Shown in pieces: positions 37,842 through 47,250 of a stretch of 64,000 nucleotides of DNA (the stretch's first letter is position 1; the number at the start of each line of letters is the position of its first letter). Source of the DNA: Gemmatimonadales bacterium. GTDB lineage: Bacteria; Gemmatimonadota; Gemmatimonadetes; Gemmatimonadales; GWC2-71-9. The notes below the pieces were generated by a model. It was not told the DNA's origin. It saw only the letters and a program-made list of their open reading frames with translations, and made no database searches. A program made the position numbers and the translations under genes. The stretch is from the NCBI GenBank assembly GCA_037189525.1, contig JBBCJC010000002.1, positions 1 to 64,000 of the forward strand, in the 5' to 3' direction.

Positions 37842-39194
37842 TTACTCGGCCGCGCTCAGCGCGCGATCGAAGACGTCGAGGGCAAAGTCGACGTCGGCCG
37901 ACGTGATGCACATCGGCGGCTTGATCCGGAGCACATTCCCGCCAAGGCCACCTTTCCCGACCAGCAGGCCCAGCTCCTTGGCCGCGTCCAGCACATCGAG
38001 CGTCTCCTGCGTAGCCGGCTCGCGGGTACCGCGGTCGCGCACGAGGTCGAGACCGAGCATGAGACCCTTGCCGCGCACCTCGCCGACCAGGCGATGGGTC
38101 GACACCAGCCGCTCGAGACCGGCCTTGAGCCTAGCGCCCTGGACCCGGGAGTTCTCCTGCAGACCGTCCTCGTCGATCACCTCCAGCACACCGAGCGCAG
38201 CCGCGGAGGATACCGGGTTGCCAGCAAAGGTATTGAGGTGGGTCCGCCGCGTCAGCGCCTGCGCGATCTCGGCCCGGGTGGTCACCGCGGCGATGGTCTG
38301 GCCGTTGCCGAGCCCCTTTGCCATGGTGACGATGTCCGGCACGACGCCGAAGCCCTCGAAGCCCCAGTAGTGCTCACCGGTGCGGCCGAAACCGGTCTGC
38401 ACCTCGTCAGCCACGCAGAGGCCGCCATGCTCCCGCACGGCCGCATAAGCCTCCTTGAAGTAATTCGGCGCCGCGGAGGTCACGCCGCCGACGCCCATGA
38501 TCGGTTCGCAGATGAAGGCGGCGATCTGTCCCGGCGTAGAGAAGCGGATCAGGTCGCGCAGCTCACGTACCGACTGGCTCGCGATCTCTTCCGGCGTGCC
38601 CTGGAAGAGGCTCCGGTACGGATCGGGATTGACGGTGTGGTGCACCCCGAAGCTCTGCGGTACCGGATGCTTCCAGGTGTGGTGCGACGTGAGCCCCGCG
38701 CTCGACGGCGAGCCGCCGTGATACGCGTTCCGCACCGCGACCACGTCGTAGTTACCCGTGTAGAGCCGCGCCATCGAGACGGCGAGGTCGTTGGCCTCGC
38801 TGCCGCTGTTGACGAAGTACGTGACGTCGAGCCCGGGCGGCATCTTCGACGCCAGCTTCTTGGCCAGCTGCGGCAGGTTCGGATGGAGATAGATCGTGGT
38901 CGTATGCTGGAGCGTGTCGACCTGATCCTTGATGCGCGCCGTGATCTTGGGATGGCAGTGGCCGCACGAGACGGTGACGATGCCCGCGAAGAAGTCGAGG
39001 TAGCGCTTGCCGGTCTCGTCCCAGACGTACTGCATGTGCCCCTCGACGACCATCAGGGGCTCACGGTAGAGCGTAAAGAGCGACGGGTGCAGGTACTGCT
39101 TCCGCATCGCCAGCACCTCGGCGCGCGAGGGTCCGTCATAGGGCCGCGGCCGGTGCGTGGTGGGCGGCAGGGTCAGCGGGGCAATGGCAGTCAT
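37842..39194 (-). CDS. Class III aminotransferase (AGXT2-like; beta-alanine/aminoisobutyrate candidate)
   Basis: YLDFFAGI, NSGSEAND, DEVQTGFGRTG, MAKGLGNG; adjacent to mmsA. Confidence 0.88.
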   Translation of the reverse strand: MTAIAPLTLPPTTHRPRPYDGPSRAEVLAMRKQYLHPSLFTLYREPLMVVEGHMQYVWDETGKRYLDFFAGIVTVSCGHCHPKITARIKDQVDTLQHTTTIYLHPNLPQLAKKLASKMPPGLDVTYFVNSGSEANDLAVSMARLYTGNYDVVAVRNAYHGGSPSSAGLTSHHTWKHPVPQSFGVHHTVNPDPYRSLFQGTPEEIASQSVRELRDLIRFSTPGQIAAFICEPIMGVGGVTSAAPNYFKEAYAAVREHGGLCVADEVQTGFGRTGEHYWGFEGFGVVPDIVTMAKGLGNGQTIAAVTTRAEIAQALTRRTHLNTFAGNPVSSAAALGVLEVIDEDGLQENSRVQGARLKAGLERLVSTHRLVGEVRGKGLMLGLDLVRDRGTREPATQETLDVLDAAKELGLLVGKGGLGGNVLRIKPPMCITSADVDFALDVFDRALSAAE

Positions 39195-39203
39195 GGTTAT
39201 CTC

Positions 39204-40658
39204 TCAGCTCATCCAGTTGGTTCCAGCTTCGCGATGCCACTTGATGGTCGTCTTCCGGCTCTTGGTCCAGAACTCGATCGAGCCATGGCCGGTGATGTCG
39301 CCGACGCCAAACTTCGATTCGTTCCAGCCGCCGAACGAAAACGGCTCGCGCGGCACCGGCACGCCGACGTTGACACCGATCATGCCGGCGTGGGCCTTCG
39401 AGGCCACATATTTGGCGACACCACCGCTCTCCGTGTAGATCGAGGCGGCATTCCCATAGGGCGAAGCGTTCTCGACATCGAGCGCCTCGTCGACATTCTT
39501 GGCCCGGACGATGGCGAGCACCGGCCCGAAGACCTCTTCCTGGGCAATCCGCATGTCCGGCGTGACACGGTCGAGCACCGTGGGGCCGACGTAGAAGCCC
39601 CCTTCTTTGCCCGGCACCGAGACACCGCGACCATCGAGCAGGACTTGCGCACCTGCCGCTTCGGCCTCGGCGATGTACGCTTCGATGCGCCGCTTGGCTT
39701 CGGCGGAAATGACCGGGCCGAGCGTCTTGCCCGGTACCAGCGACTTAGCGACCTCGACCATGCGGGCAATCACCGGATCGGTATCCGCGACGGCCACCAT
39801 GACCGACGCCGCCATGCAGCGCTGCCCGGCGCAACCCGCCATCGACGCGACGATGTTCCCGGCCGCCATTTCGCGATCCGCGTCCGGCATTACGATCAGA
39901 TGATTCTTGGCACCGCCCAGCGCCAGCACCCGCTTGAGGTTCGCGGAGCCGCGCCGGTAGACGATCTTGGCCACGGCCGTGCTGCCGACGAAGCTGATCG
40001 CCTCGATGTCGGGATGATCGCAAATGCCCTCGACCACCTCACGGCCGCCCTGCACCACATTGAACACCCCGGCCGGCAGACCCGCTTCGGCCAGCAGCTC
40101 CGCGGTCCGGAGCGCGGACAACGGCACCACCTCGGAAGGTTTGAGGATCATCACGTTGCCGAGCGCCAATGCGTTAGGCACCGTCCAGTGCGGTACCATG
40201 CTCGGAAAGTTGAACGGCGTAATCGACGCGACCACACCCAGCGGCCAGCGATCGATCCGGCAGTCGACCCCTCGGCTGACTTCGAGGATTTCACCCGAGG
40301 CCAGCTGCGGCAGCGAACAGGCAAACTCCACGCACTCGATGGCCCGTTCCACCTCGGCCTTGGCCTCGGCGAAGACCTTGCCGTTCTCTTCGACGATCAG
40401 CGCCGCGAGCGACTCGATATCCCGTTCGAGCAACGCCTTGTACCGGAAAAAGACCTGGACCCGGTCCTTGATGGGCGTCGCCGACCACTTCCGGAACGCG
40501 ACCTTGGCAGTCTGCACTGCGTGATCCAGTTCCGCCGCCGTCGACAGCGACACCTTGGAGATGACGGAACCGCTGCTGGGGTCGAGGACGTCGAGCAACG
40601 CCGCCGACGCGTCCGATGCCGCCCCACCGACATAATTTGTTATGACTGGGTATTTCAT
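39204..40658 (-). CDS. mmsA: CoA-acylating (methyl)malonate-semialdehyde dehydrogenase
   Basis: ITPFNFP, LKPSE, FVGST, GGAKNH, AGQRCMA, EEVFGP, GVNVGVPVP. Confidence 0.92.
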   Translation of the reverse strand: MKYPVITNYVGGAASDASAALLDVLDPSSGSVISKVSLSTAAELDHAVQTAKVAFRKWSATPIKDRVQVFFRYKALLERDIESLAALIVEENGKVFAEAKAEVERAIECVEFACSLPQLASGEILEVSRGVDCRIDRWPLGVVASITPFNFPSMVPHWTVPNALALGNVMILKPSEVVPLSALRTAELLAEAGLPAGVFNVVQGGREVVEGICDHPDIEAISFVGSTAVAKIVYRRGSANLKRVLALGGAKNHLIVMPDADREMAAGNIVASMAGCAGQRCMAASVMVAVADTDPVIARMVEVAKSLVPGKTLGPVISAEAKRRIEAYIAEAEAAGAQVLLDGRGVSVPGKEGGFYVGPTVLDRVTPDMRIAQEEVFGPVLAIVRAKNVDEALDVENASPYGNAASIYTESGGVAKYVASKAHAGMIGVNVGVPVPREPFSFGGWNESKFGVGDITGHGSIEFWTKSRKTTIKWHREAGTNWMS

Positions 40659-40734
40659 TTGCGCGGGAATGAGGAGATCTGTAATGTGCCTACCCTGAGC
40701 CTGGAATGCCAACGATGACCCACTTGGAGCACTC

Positions 40735-41502
40735 ATGACCAGCCCTTGGAACCTGGCCTCGTCGACCTGGGACGACGTCCGAGCGAATCGCTACGAGGTT
40801 GCGGTACTCCCATGGGGGGCCACCGAAGCCCATAATCACCACCTCCCCTACGCGACCGACACGATCCAGTCCGATGCCATTGCCTTCGAGGCGGCCCGGA
40901 AGGCCTGGGCCAAAGGCGGGCGGGCGGTGGTATTGCCGGCCATCCCGTTCGGGGTCCAGACCGGGCAGTTGGACATTCCGCTCTGTATCAATCTCAATCC
41001 GAGCACCCAGGCCATCATCCTGGGCGACATCATCCGGAGCCTCGAACCGCACGGGATTCGGAAACTGGTCATCCTGAACGGCCACGGTGGCAACGACTTC
41101 AAGCAGATCATCCGGGAACTCCAGGCCGAAACGGAAATCTTCCTGAGCCAGGTCAACTGGTATGCGGTGGCCGATGGGCGGCAGTTCTTCGATGAGCCGG
41201 GCGACCACGCCGGAGAGCTCGAGACGAGCGTGATGCTCTCGATTGCGCCAACTCTGGTCCGACCGCTCGAGACGGCCGGCCCCGGCGCCGCCCGACCCTT
41301 TCGGATTCGCGCCTTTCAGGAGAAATGGGCCTGGACACCGCGGGAATGGACCAAGGTGACGGACGACACCGGCGTCGGCGACCCCAAGGCTGCTACGGGC
41401 GACAAGGGCCGCCGATTCGCGGAAGCGGTCACCGATCGGCTGGCGGAATTTCTGGTCGACCTGACGGCGCTGCCGGACACGGAGCAGCTCTACCAACGCT
41501 GA
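40735..41502 (+). CDS. Creatininase family amidohydrolase
   Basis: GATEAH..HLP..TD, NGHGGN, DHAGELETS. Confidence 0.92.
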   Translation: MTSPWNLASSTWDDVRANRYEVAVLPWGATEAHNHHLPYATDTIQSDAIAFEAARKAWAKGGRAVVLPAIPFGVQTGQLDIPLCINLNPSTQAIILGDIIRSLEPHGIRKLVILNGHGGNDFKQIIRELQAETEIFLSQVNWYAVADGRQFFDEPGDHAGELETSVMLSIAPTLVRPLETAGPGAARPFRIRAFQEKWAWTPREWTKVTDDTGVGDPKAATGDKGRRFAEAVTDRLAEFLVDLTALPDTEQLYQR

Positions 41503-41780
41503 GGTGCGCAGCTGTCGAACCGCCCCGAGATATCGCTTGCTGCGCAATAACCGAGAATCCCGCCACCTCGCGAGCCGTGCCGCCGGCCGATCGGCCGAAT
41601 TCCGCACCGCCCGGCTCCGACTTCCCCGGTCGGAATCACCCGGTCCGCCCCACCCGGGCGACAGCGCTCAACGCAAGGACCCGTTCGTTCGTAGTAGAAT
41701 GCGTGATTGCGCCATAGTCCGAGTTTCCGCTCCGTTCATCGTCGTGGTACGTCCCGCTCGAGTCCCCTGGGAGACTCCCC

Positions 41781-43988
41781 ATGTCTCGCACTGATCGAAC
41801 CGCCCCGCGCCTCTGGTCGATCGCCGCGCTCTGCACTGCGCTGACCGTCGCCTCGCTCACCACCCTCCACGCCCAAGCCAAGCCCACCATCGGCCAGTTT
41901 CTGAGCCCCGGCTTTCCGCTCCAGCTGGTGTCCGCCCGGGATGTGGATCGGATCGCCTGGCTTGCCTACGAGGAGGGCCATCGGAACGTCTACACGGCGG
42001 CGGGCCCGAGCTTCAGGCCGGTCCGGCTGACGCGATTCACCGACGACGACGGCATCGTACTCACCGATCTCTCCATCTCGGCGGACGGCCGCACGGTCAC
42101 CTTCATCCGGGGCAGCGCCCCCAACCGCGACGGCTGGGTGGCCGATCCGGCCAGCAACCCGACGGGCTCCGAGCGCGCCATCTGGGCGGCACGCACGGAC
42201 GGGACCGGCGCCTGGCGCGTCGGCGAAGGCGCGCCGCCCGCGCTCTCGCCCGACGGCCGTACGGCCATCTTCGCGAAAGACGGCCAGATCTATCGCTACG
42301 ACATCACCACCCGCGCGGCGGCGGCAGCGGCAGCCCAAGCTGCGCAGAAGCCGTGGATCCGGCTCTGGGGACGGAACGGCAACCCGGTCTGGTCGCCCGA
42401 CGGATCCAAGGTGGCGCTGGTGAGCGATCGCGTCGATCACTCGTTCATCGCGGTCTACGACGTCAAGACCCGCAAAGTGACCTACCTGGCGCCGAGCGTG
42501 GATCGGGATGTCAGCCCGACGTGGTCGCCGGACAGCAAGCGCGTCGCGTTCATCCGCCGCCCGGGCCTGCCGTTCGGCCAGCAGGCGCACGGCGGCACCG
42601 GCTCGCTCGGCAATCCTGCCGGACCCGGGGCTGCGCGCGGTGGCCGCGCGGGAGAATCGTCCGACTCCCGCCCCGGGTTGATGCGGGCCACCTTCACCGG
42701 CGGCTACGTCCTCTCGTTCTGGGTGGCCGACGCCACCACCGGCGAAGGTCGCGAGTTCTGGCACCACGACCCCGCCGACTCGGCGTTTGCCGCGATCCGT
42801 TCGATCCGGTGGGCCGGCGACCATGTCGTGTTCCAGGCCGAGCCCGGCGAGTGGATTCGCGCCTACGCGGTGAGTGTCGAGAAAGGCGGCGCGCCGACCG
42901 AGCTGAGCCCCGGCGAAGGGATGCTCGAGACGTCCGCGTTCTCGCGCGATGGCCAGACGCTCTTTTACGGCTCCAACGTCGGCGACATCGACCGCCGCCA
43001 CGTCTGGAAGGTCGGGACGGGTGGCGGGACCGCGACCCAGATCACCCGCGGCGACGAGATCGAGCTCGCACCGGCGCCACTCGCGTCGGGCCAGGGCGTC
43101 GCGGTGCTCACCGCATCGGCCACCCGTCCGCTGTCGATCGGCATCGTACCCTCGAACGGCGGAGCCACCCGCGTGATCTACCCCACGCTCCGTGCGGATT
43201 TCCCGACCGCCGCGCACGTGGTGCCCGAGAACGTCGTGCTCAAGGCCGAGGACGGCCTCGAGTTCCACAACCAGCTGTTCCTGCCCAAGGACTACAAGCC
43301 CGGCGAGCGGCGGCCGGCCATCATCTTCGTGCACGGCGGCCCGATCCGTCAGATGCTGCTGGGCTATCATTACATGGATTTCTACCACATCTCCTATGCC
43401 GCCAACCAGTGGCTGGCGAATCAGGGATACGTGGTGCTGTCGGTCAACTACCGGCTCGGCGTCGGATACGGCAAGTCGTTTCGGATGGCGCCCAACAGCG
43501 GCGCGCGCGGCAACGCCGAGTATCGCGATGTCCTGGCGGCGGGGAAGTATCTCCAGTCGCGCTCCGATGTCGACCCGCAGCGGGTGGGGATCTGGGGACT
43601 CTCGTACGGCGGCGTGCTGACGGCGCAGGCGCTGGCCCGCAACTCGGACATCTTCGCCGCCGGGGTGGACATGGCGGGCGTGCATCTCTGGGGCAACTCG
43701 CTTGCTCCGAACGACATGAGCTACCAGTCCTCGGCCATTGCGACGGTCGACAAGTGGACCTCGCCCGTGCTGCTCTGGCACGGCGACGACGACCGCAACG
43801 TCCAGTTCTCGCAGACGACCGGTCTGGTGCAGCTGCTCCGCGCCCACAAAGTGCCGTTCGAGCTGATCGTGCTGCCCGACGACACGCACGAGACGCTGAT
43901 CCACGAACGCTGGATCTACACGTTCGATCGGATCCAGGATTTTCTGACGCGGAATCTCTGGAAACGGAAGGCGAGCACCGAGCCGTGA
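41781..43988 (+). CDS. S9 family peptidase with N-terminal beta-propeller
   Basis: WSPD repeats, HGGP, GLSYGG, HGDDD.NV, catalytic His; signal peptide. Confidence 0.92.
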   Translation: MSRTDRTAPRLWSIAALCTALTVASLTTLHAQAKPTIGQFLSPGFPLQLVSARDVDRIAWLAYEEGHRNVYTAAGPSFRPVRLTRFTDDDGIVLTDLSISADGRTVTFIRGSAPNRDGWVADPASNPTGSERAIWAARTDGTGAWRVGEGAPPALSPDGRTAIFAKDGQIYRYDITTRAAAAAAAQAAQKPWIRLWGRNGNPVWSPDGSKVALVSDRVDHSFIAVYDVKTRKVTYLAPSVDRDVSPTWSPDSKRVAFIRRPGLPFGQQAHGGTGSLGNPAGPGAARGGRAGESSDSRPGLMRATFTGGYVLSFWVADATTGEGREFWHHDPADSAFAAIRSIRWAGDHVVFQAEPGEWIRAYAVSVEKGGAPTELSPGEGMLETSAFSRDGQTLFYGSNVGDIDRRHVWKVGTGGGTATQITRGDEIELAPAPLASGQGVAVLTASATRPLSIGIVPSNGGATRVIYPTLRADFPTAAHVVPENVVLKAEDGLEFHNQLFLPKDYKPGERRPAIIFVHGGPIRQMLLGYHYMDFYHISYAANQWLANQGYVVLSVNYRLGVGYGKSFRMAPNSGARGNAEYRDVLAAGKYLQSRSDVDPQRVGIWGLSYGGVLTAQALARNSDIFAAGVDMAGVHLWGNSLAPNDMSYQSSAIATVDKWTSPVLLWHGDDDRNVQFSQTTGLVQLLRAHKVPFELIVLPDDTHETLIHERWIYTFDRIQDFLTRNLWKRKASTEP

Positions 43989-44060
43989 GGTAAGCGTTTC
44001 TAGCGGTATCCAGCGCCGGTTATCCATGCGCCGGCGCCCTCGATTCTGGGAGTTCGCACC

Positions 44061-45068
44061 ATGTTCATCCTCCGTCGCTCGTTTCTCGTATTGCTGGCTG
44101 GATCCCTGATCGCCTCGTCGGCCCTCGCCCAGGCAAACCGCCAGCCGACCGACTACTCGGCGCCGGCCGACGCGCCGTATCGCGCCGAGCAGGTGACGAT
44201 CCGGACGCCGATGGGTCATACGCTCGCAGGCACGCTCACCATTCCGAAGACCGCGAACCGGACCAATCCGGTCCCCGCCATCGTGACGATCAGCGGCACC
44301 GGCCCACAGGATCGCGACGAGTACCTGGGGTTCGGCGACTACCGCCCGTTCCGCCAGTTTGCCGACTCGCTGGGGCGACGCGGGATTGCCGTACTCCGGA
44401 TGGACGATCGCGGCGTCGGCGCCTCGGGAGGCGTTTTCAAGGGGGCAACGCCGATCGACTTCGTGCAGGACATCCGCGCCGGGCTCGCCTACCTGCGCAC
44501 GCGCCCCGAGATCGATGCGAACCGATTGGGCTTGCTGGGCCACAGCGAAGGCGCCATCGACGCCCCAATGGTTGCCATCGAGGAGCCGGCACTCAAGGCC
44601 CTGGTCCTGCTGGCCGGCCAGGCGCGCAGGCTCGGCGGCGCGGCAAAGTTCCAACTCGAGAACATGGTCCGGCGCGACACGACGCTCTCACCCGCCGAAC
44701 GGGAGGCGCGGTTGGCGGGGGTGCCCGCCCTGATGGACTCCATCGCCGCGGCCGACCCCTACATGAAGTTCATGTTCGAGTACGATCCCGCCGCCGATGC
44801 CCGCAAGGTCAGCAAACCCGCCATCCTGATCCTGACCGGCGAGACCGATCGGCAGGCGGACGCCACCCAGGTCGATGAATGGGCGGCGCTGTTCAAGAGC
44901 GCCGGCAACAAGGACGTCACCGCCAAGGTCCTCCCGGGCCTCAACCACCTCTTCGTGCCCGACCCCGACGGATTCCCGGGAGGATATGCTTCGCTGCCGA
45001 CGCCGCTCCGGGTCGAGCCCTCGGTCGTCGGCATGGTGGTCGACTGGCTGACTGCGAGGCTTCGCTAG
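44061..45068 (+). CDS. Secreted alpha/beta hydrolase
   Basis: SGTGPQDRD, DDRGVG.S, GHSEG, LNHLF. Confidence 0.88.
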   Translation: MFILRRSFLVLLAGSLIASSALAQANRQPTDYSAPADAPYRAEQVTIRTPMGHTLAGTLTIPKTANRTNPVPAIVTISGTGPQDRDEYLGFGDYRPFRQFADSLGRRGIAVLRMDDRGVGASGGVFKGATPIDFVQDIRAGLAYLRTRPEIDANRLGLLGHSEGAIDAPMVAIEEPALKALVLLAGQARRLGGAAKFQLENMVRRDTTLSPAEREARLAGVPALMDSIAAADPYMKFMFEYDPAADARKVSKPAILILTGETDRQADATQVDEWAALFKSAGNKDVTAKVLPGLNHLFVPDPDGFPGGYASLPTPLRVEPSVVGMVVDWLTARLR

Positions 45069-45264
45069 GCTGGACGGTTCCAATCTCGACTCGTCCGGGA
45101 TCCGAGCGGCAGATTCTCATCGGACCCGGTACGTCGGATGCGTGCGGGGCGAGGCGGCAACGTATGGGTACGTCGCCGCCCGGTCACCGACTACCTTCCA
45201 GAGCGCCCGACTGTGATCGGCGCGTCACGAGAGATTGGTACCTTACGGAGCGCATCGCGAAAGC

Positions 45265-45750
45265 ATGAGCATTTACGACTTCACGGTCACGACGATCGAC
45301 GGTCGCGAGCAGTCCATGGCGGAGTTTGCCGGGAAAGTGCTGCTGATCGTCAACGTGGCCAGCAAGTGCGGTTATACCAAACAGTACGCGGGCCTCGAGG
45401 CCCTCTATCGCAAGCACCAGGAAGAAGGCCTCGTCATCCTCGGCTTTCCCTGCGATCAGTTCGGGCATCAGGAGCCCGGCACCGAAGCGGAGATCGCCGA
45501 ATTTTGCCGGGCCAAATACGATGTCACCTTCCCGATGTTCGCCAAGGTCAACGTCAACGGGAAAAATGCGCATCCGCTGTTTCAGTATCTCAAGGCCGCC
45601 AGAAAGGGGCTCCTGGGATCCGAACGGATCAAATGGAACTTCACCAAGTTTCTGGTCGGGCGCGACGGCACCGTGATGGAGCGCTACGCCTCCAGTGATA
45701 CGCCCGAAGCGATCGAGCCGGACCTGTTCCTGGCTCTGCCCGATCCGTGA
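45265..45750 (+). CDS. Glutathione peroxidase (Cys type)
   Basis: NVASKCG, GFPCDQF..QEP, IKWNFTKF. Confidence 0.94.
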   Translation: MSIYDFTVTTIDGREQSMAEFAGKVLLIVNVASKCGYTKQYAGLEALYRKHQEEGLVILGFPCDQFGHQEPGTEAEIAEFCRAKYDVTFPMFAKVNVNGKNAHPLFQYLKAARKGLLGSERIKWNFTKFLVGRDGTVMERYASSDTPEAIEPDLFLALPDP

Positions 45751-45826
45751 GCGCCGCCTGCACAGCAGGCGAACACACTTCAGTCCATCTATTGCGCACC
45801 AACCATTCCGTAACGGTGCGCCGCTG

Positions 45827-45863
45827 AAAACGACCGGGGCCTGACCAACCCAGGCCCCGGTCG
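45827..45863 (-). terminator. Terminator-like hairpin with the T-tract on the - strand
   Basis: CGACCGGGGCCTG-7 nt-CAGGCCCCGGTCG preceded by AAAA on +. Confidence 0.55.
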
Positions 45864-45936
45864 CTCCGTACTGGACACCCTGACCACGAACGGTATCATA
45901 GAGTAGCCGCTGACACCCACCTTTCCGGAGGGATCT

Positions 45937-47160
45937 ATGAGCTACGCAAGCGTTCGGATCTGCTACCTGCCGTGGGCTATCCTCGCTGTCACAGGGTGCA
46001 GCCAATCGCAAGGTGGGGGCGACGCCTGGCGCGCTGAGCGAACCACGGCCGATGGCGTCCAGATCGTCCGGACGCTGAGCGGCAGTACCTGGCAAGGCAG
46101 TCCGCAGCTCGTGGAAGAACTCACCTTCGGTGTCGTGGATGGCGCCCAGGAATACATGTTCGGGCAGATCAATCAGATCGCGCCGGACGGGCGGGGCGGA
46201 GCGTATGTCTTCGATGGGCAGGTCCCTGCACTCCGGCACTACGACTCCACCGGATCGTACACCAGGACGTTTGGCCGAGCTGGCGGCGGGCCGGGGGAAT
46301 ATCAGAGCCCAGCCATGGGACTTGCCGTTCTAAGCGACGGTCGAATCGTGCTCCTCGACCCGCAAAACGCGCGATTCAACGTATACGCACCTGACGGCAC
46401 GGCACTCGAACACTGGCCACGACCCAGCGGATTGTTCACCAATCGCGCGATGTATGTCGATACCGGAGACCATATCTACACCCGAATCATGACCGGACTT
46501 GCGCAGCCCGGTGAGCCGATACCACCGGTCGGGTTGCTGCACCTCTCACCCCAAGGCGAGACCTTGGATACGATCCTTGCACCATCATTTCCGGGAGAAC
46601 CCGATGGCAGACCAGGGATACTGGCCCCGGTGAAGATCTGGGACCTTCACAGGGATGGCTATCCTGTCGTCGGGGTCAGTGATCGTTACGCCATCGAGTT
46701 GCGGAAACCTGAGGGAACGGTCCGAATCGAAAAGGTGGCGGAGCGGATCCCGGTCAACCCGGAGGAGCAGGCGGAGCGTGAAGCGTATATTGCATATCTG
46801 ATGAAACGCTCTGGCGGGCGTGGCCCATCGTTCAGCCCAGTCCCCAACATAAAGCCATACTTTCAGAGCATTTATGTCGGCGACGACGGCACCATCTGGG
46901 TGCGCACCCATCAGCCAGGTATCAGGCGGAATCGGCCGGTCGACGACGCCACGAGATCCGATGGGATGCCCCAGATCAGTTGGACCGAACCGACCGTGTT
47001 CGACGTCTTCGAGTCAGACGGGACCTATCTGGGCGAGGTCCACGTACCACAGGGCACTATCCTGTTCACCTACGCGCGCGACCGGGTCTGGGCCACCCGG
47101 GAAGGTGAGCAGGGAGAAACCCTGGTTACCCGACTCCGTCTGGTCGAACCAGAGCACTAG
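45937..47160 (+). CDS. 6-bladed beta-propeller (NHL-like) lipoprotein
   Basis: Lipobox VTGC; FGRAGGGPGEY; FDVFE.DG.YLG. Confidence 0.82.
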   Translation: MSYASVRICYLPWAILAVTGCSQSQGGGDAWRAERTTADGVQIVRTLSGSTWQGSPQLVEELTFGVVDGAQEYMFGQINQIAPDGRGGAYVFDGQVPALRHYDSTGSYTRTFGRAGGGPGEYQSPAMGLAVLSDGRIVLLDPQNARFNVYAPDGTALEHWPRPSGLFTNRAMYVDTGDHIYTRIMTGLAQPGEPIPPVGLLHLSPQGETLDTILAPSFPGEPDGRPGILAPVKIWDLHRDGYPVVGVSDRYAIELRKPEGTVRIEKVAERIPVNPEEQAEREAYIAYLMKRSGGRGPSFSPVPNIKPYFQSIYVGDDGTIWVRTHQPGIRRNRPVDDATRSDGMPQISWTEPTVFDVFESDGTYLGEVHVPQGTILFTYARDRVWATREGEQGETLVTRLRLVEPEH

Positions 47161-47250
47161 GCGCACAGAGACGCCGGCTGGAACGTTCAACGGCACCGAG
47201 AGCCACGAAGCGGATGGGGTCCGGCAGCCCGGTCAGCGTCACGCAGGTGG

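Noticed and set aside
42314..42345. GCG/GCA run (poly-Ala) in the S9 peptidase
   Set aside because: An in-frame low-complexity linker, not a phase-variation tract.
13152..45750. Selenoproteins (SelO, glutathione peroxidase)
   Set aside because: Both have Cys codons (SCSS; SKCG) and no in-frame TGA.
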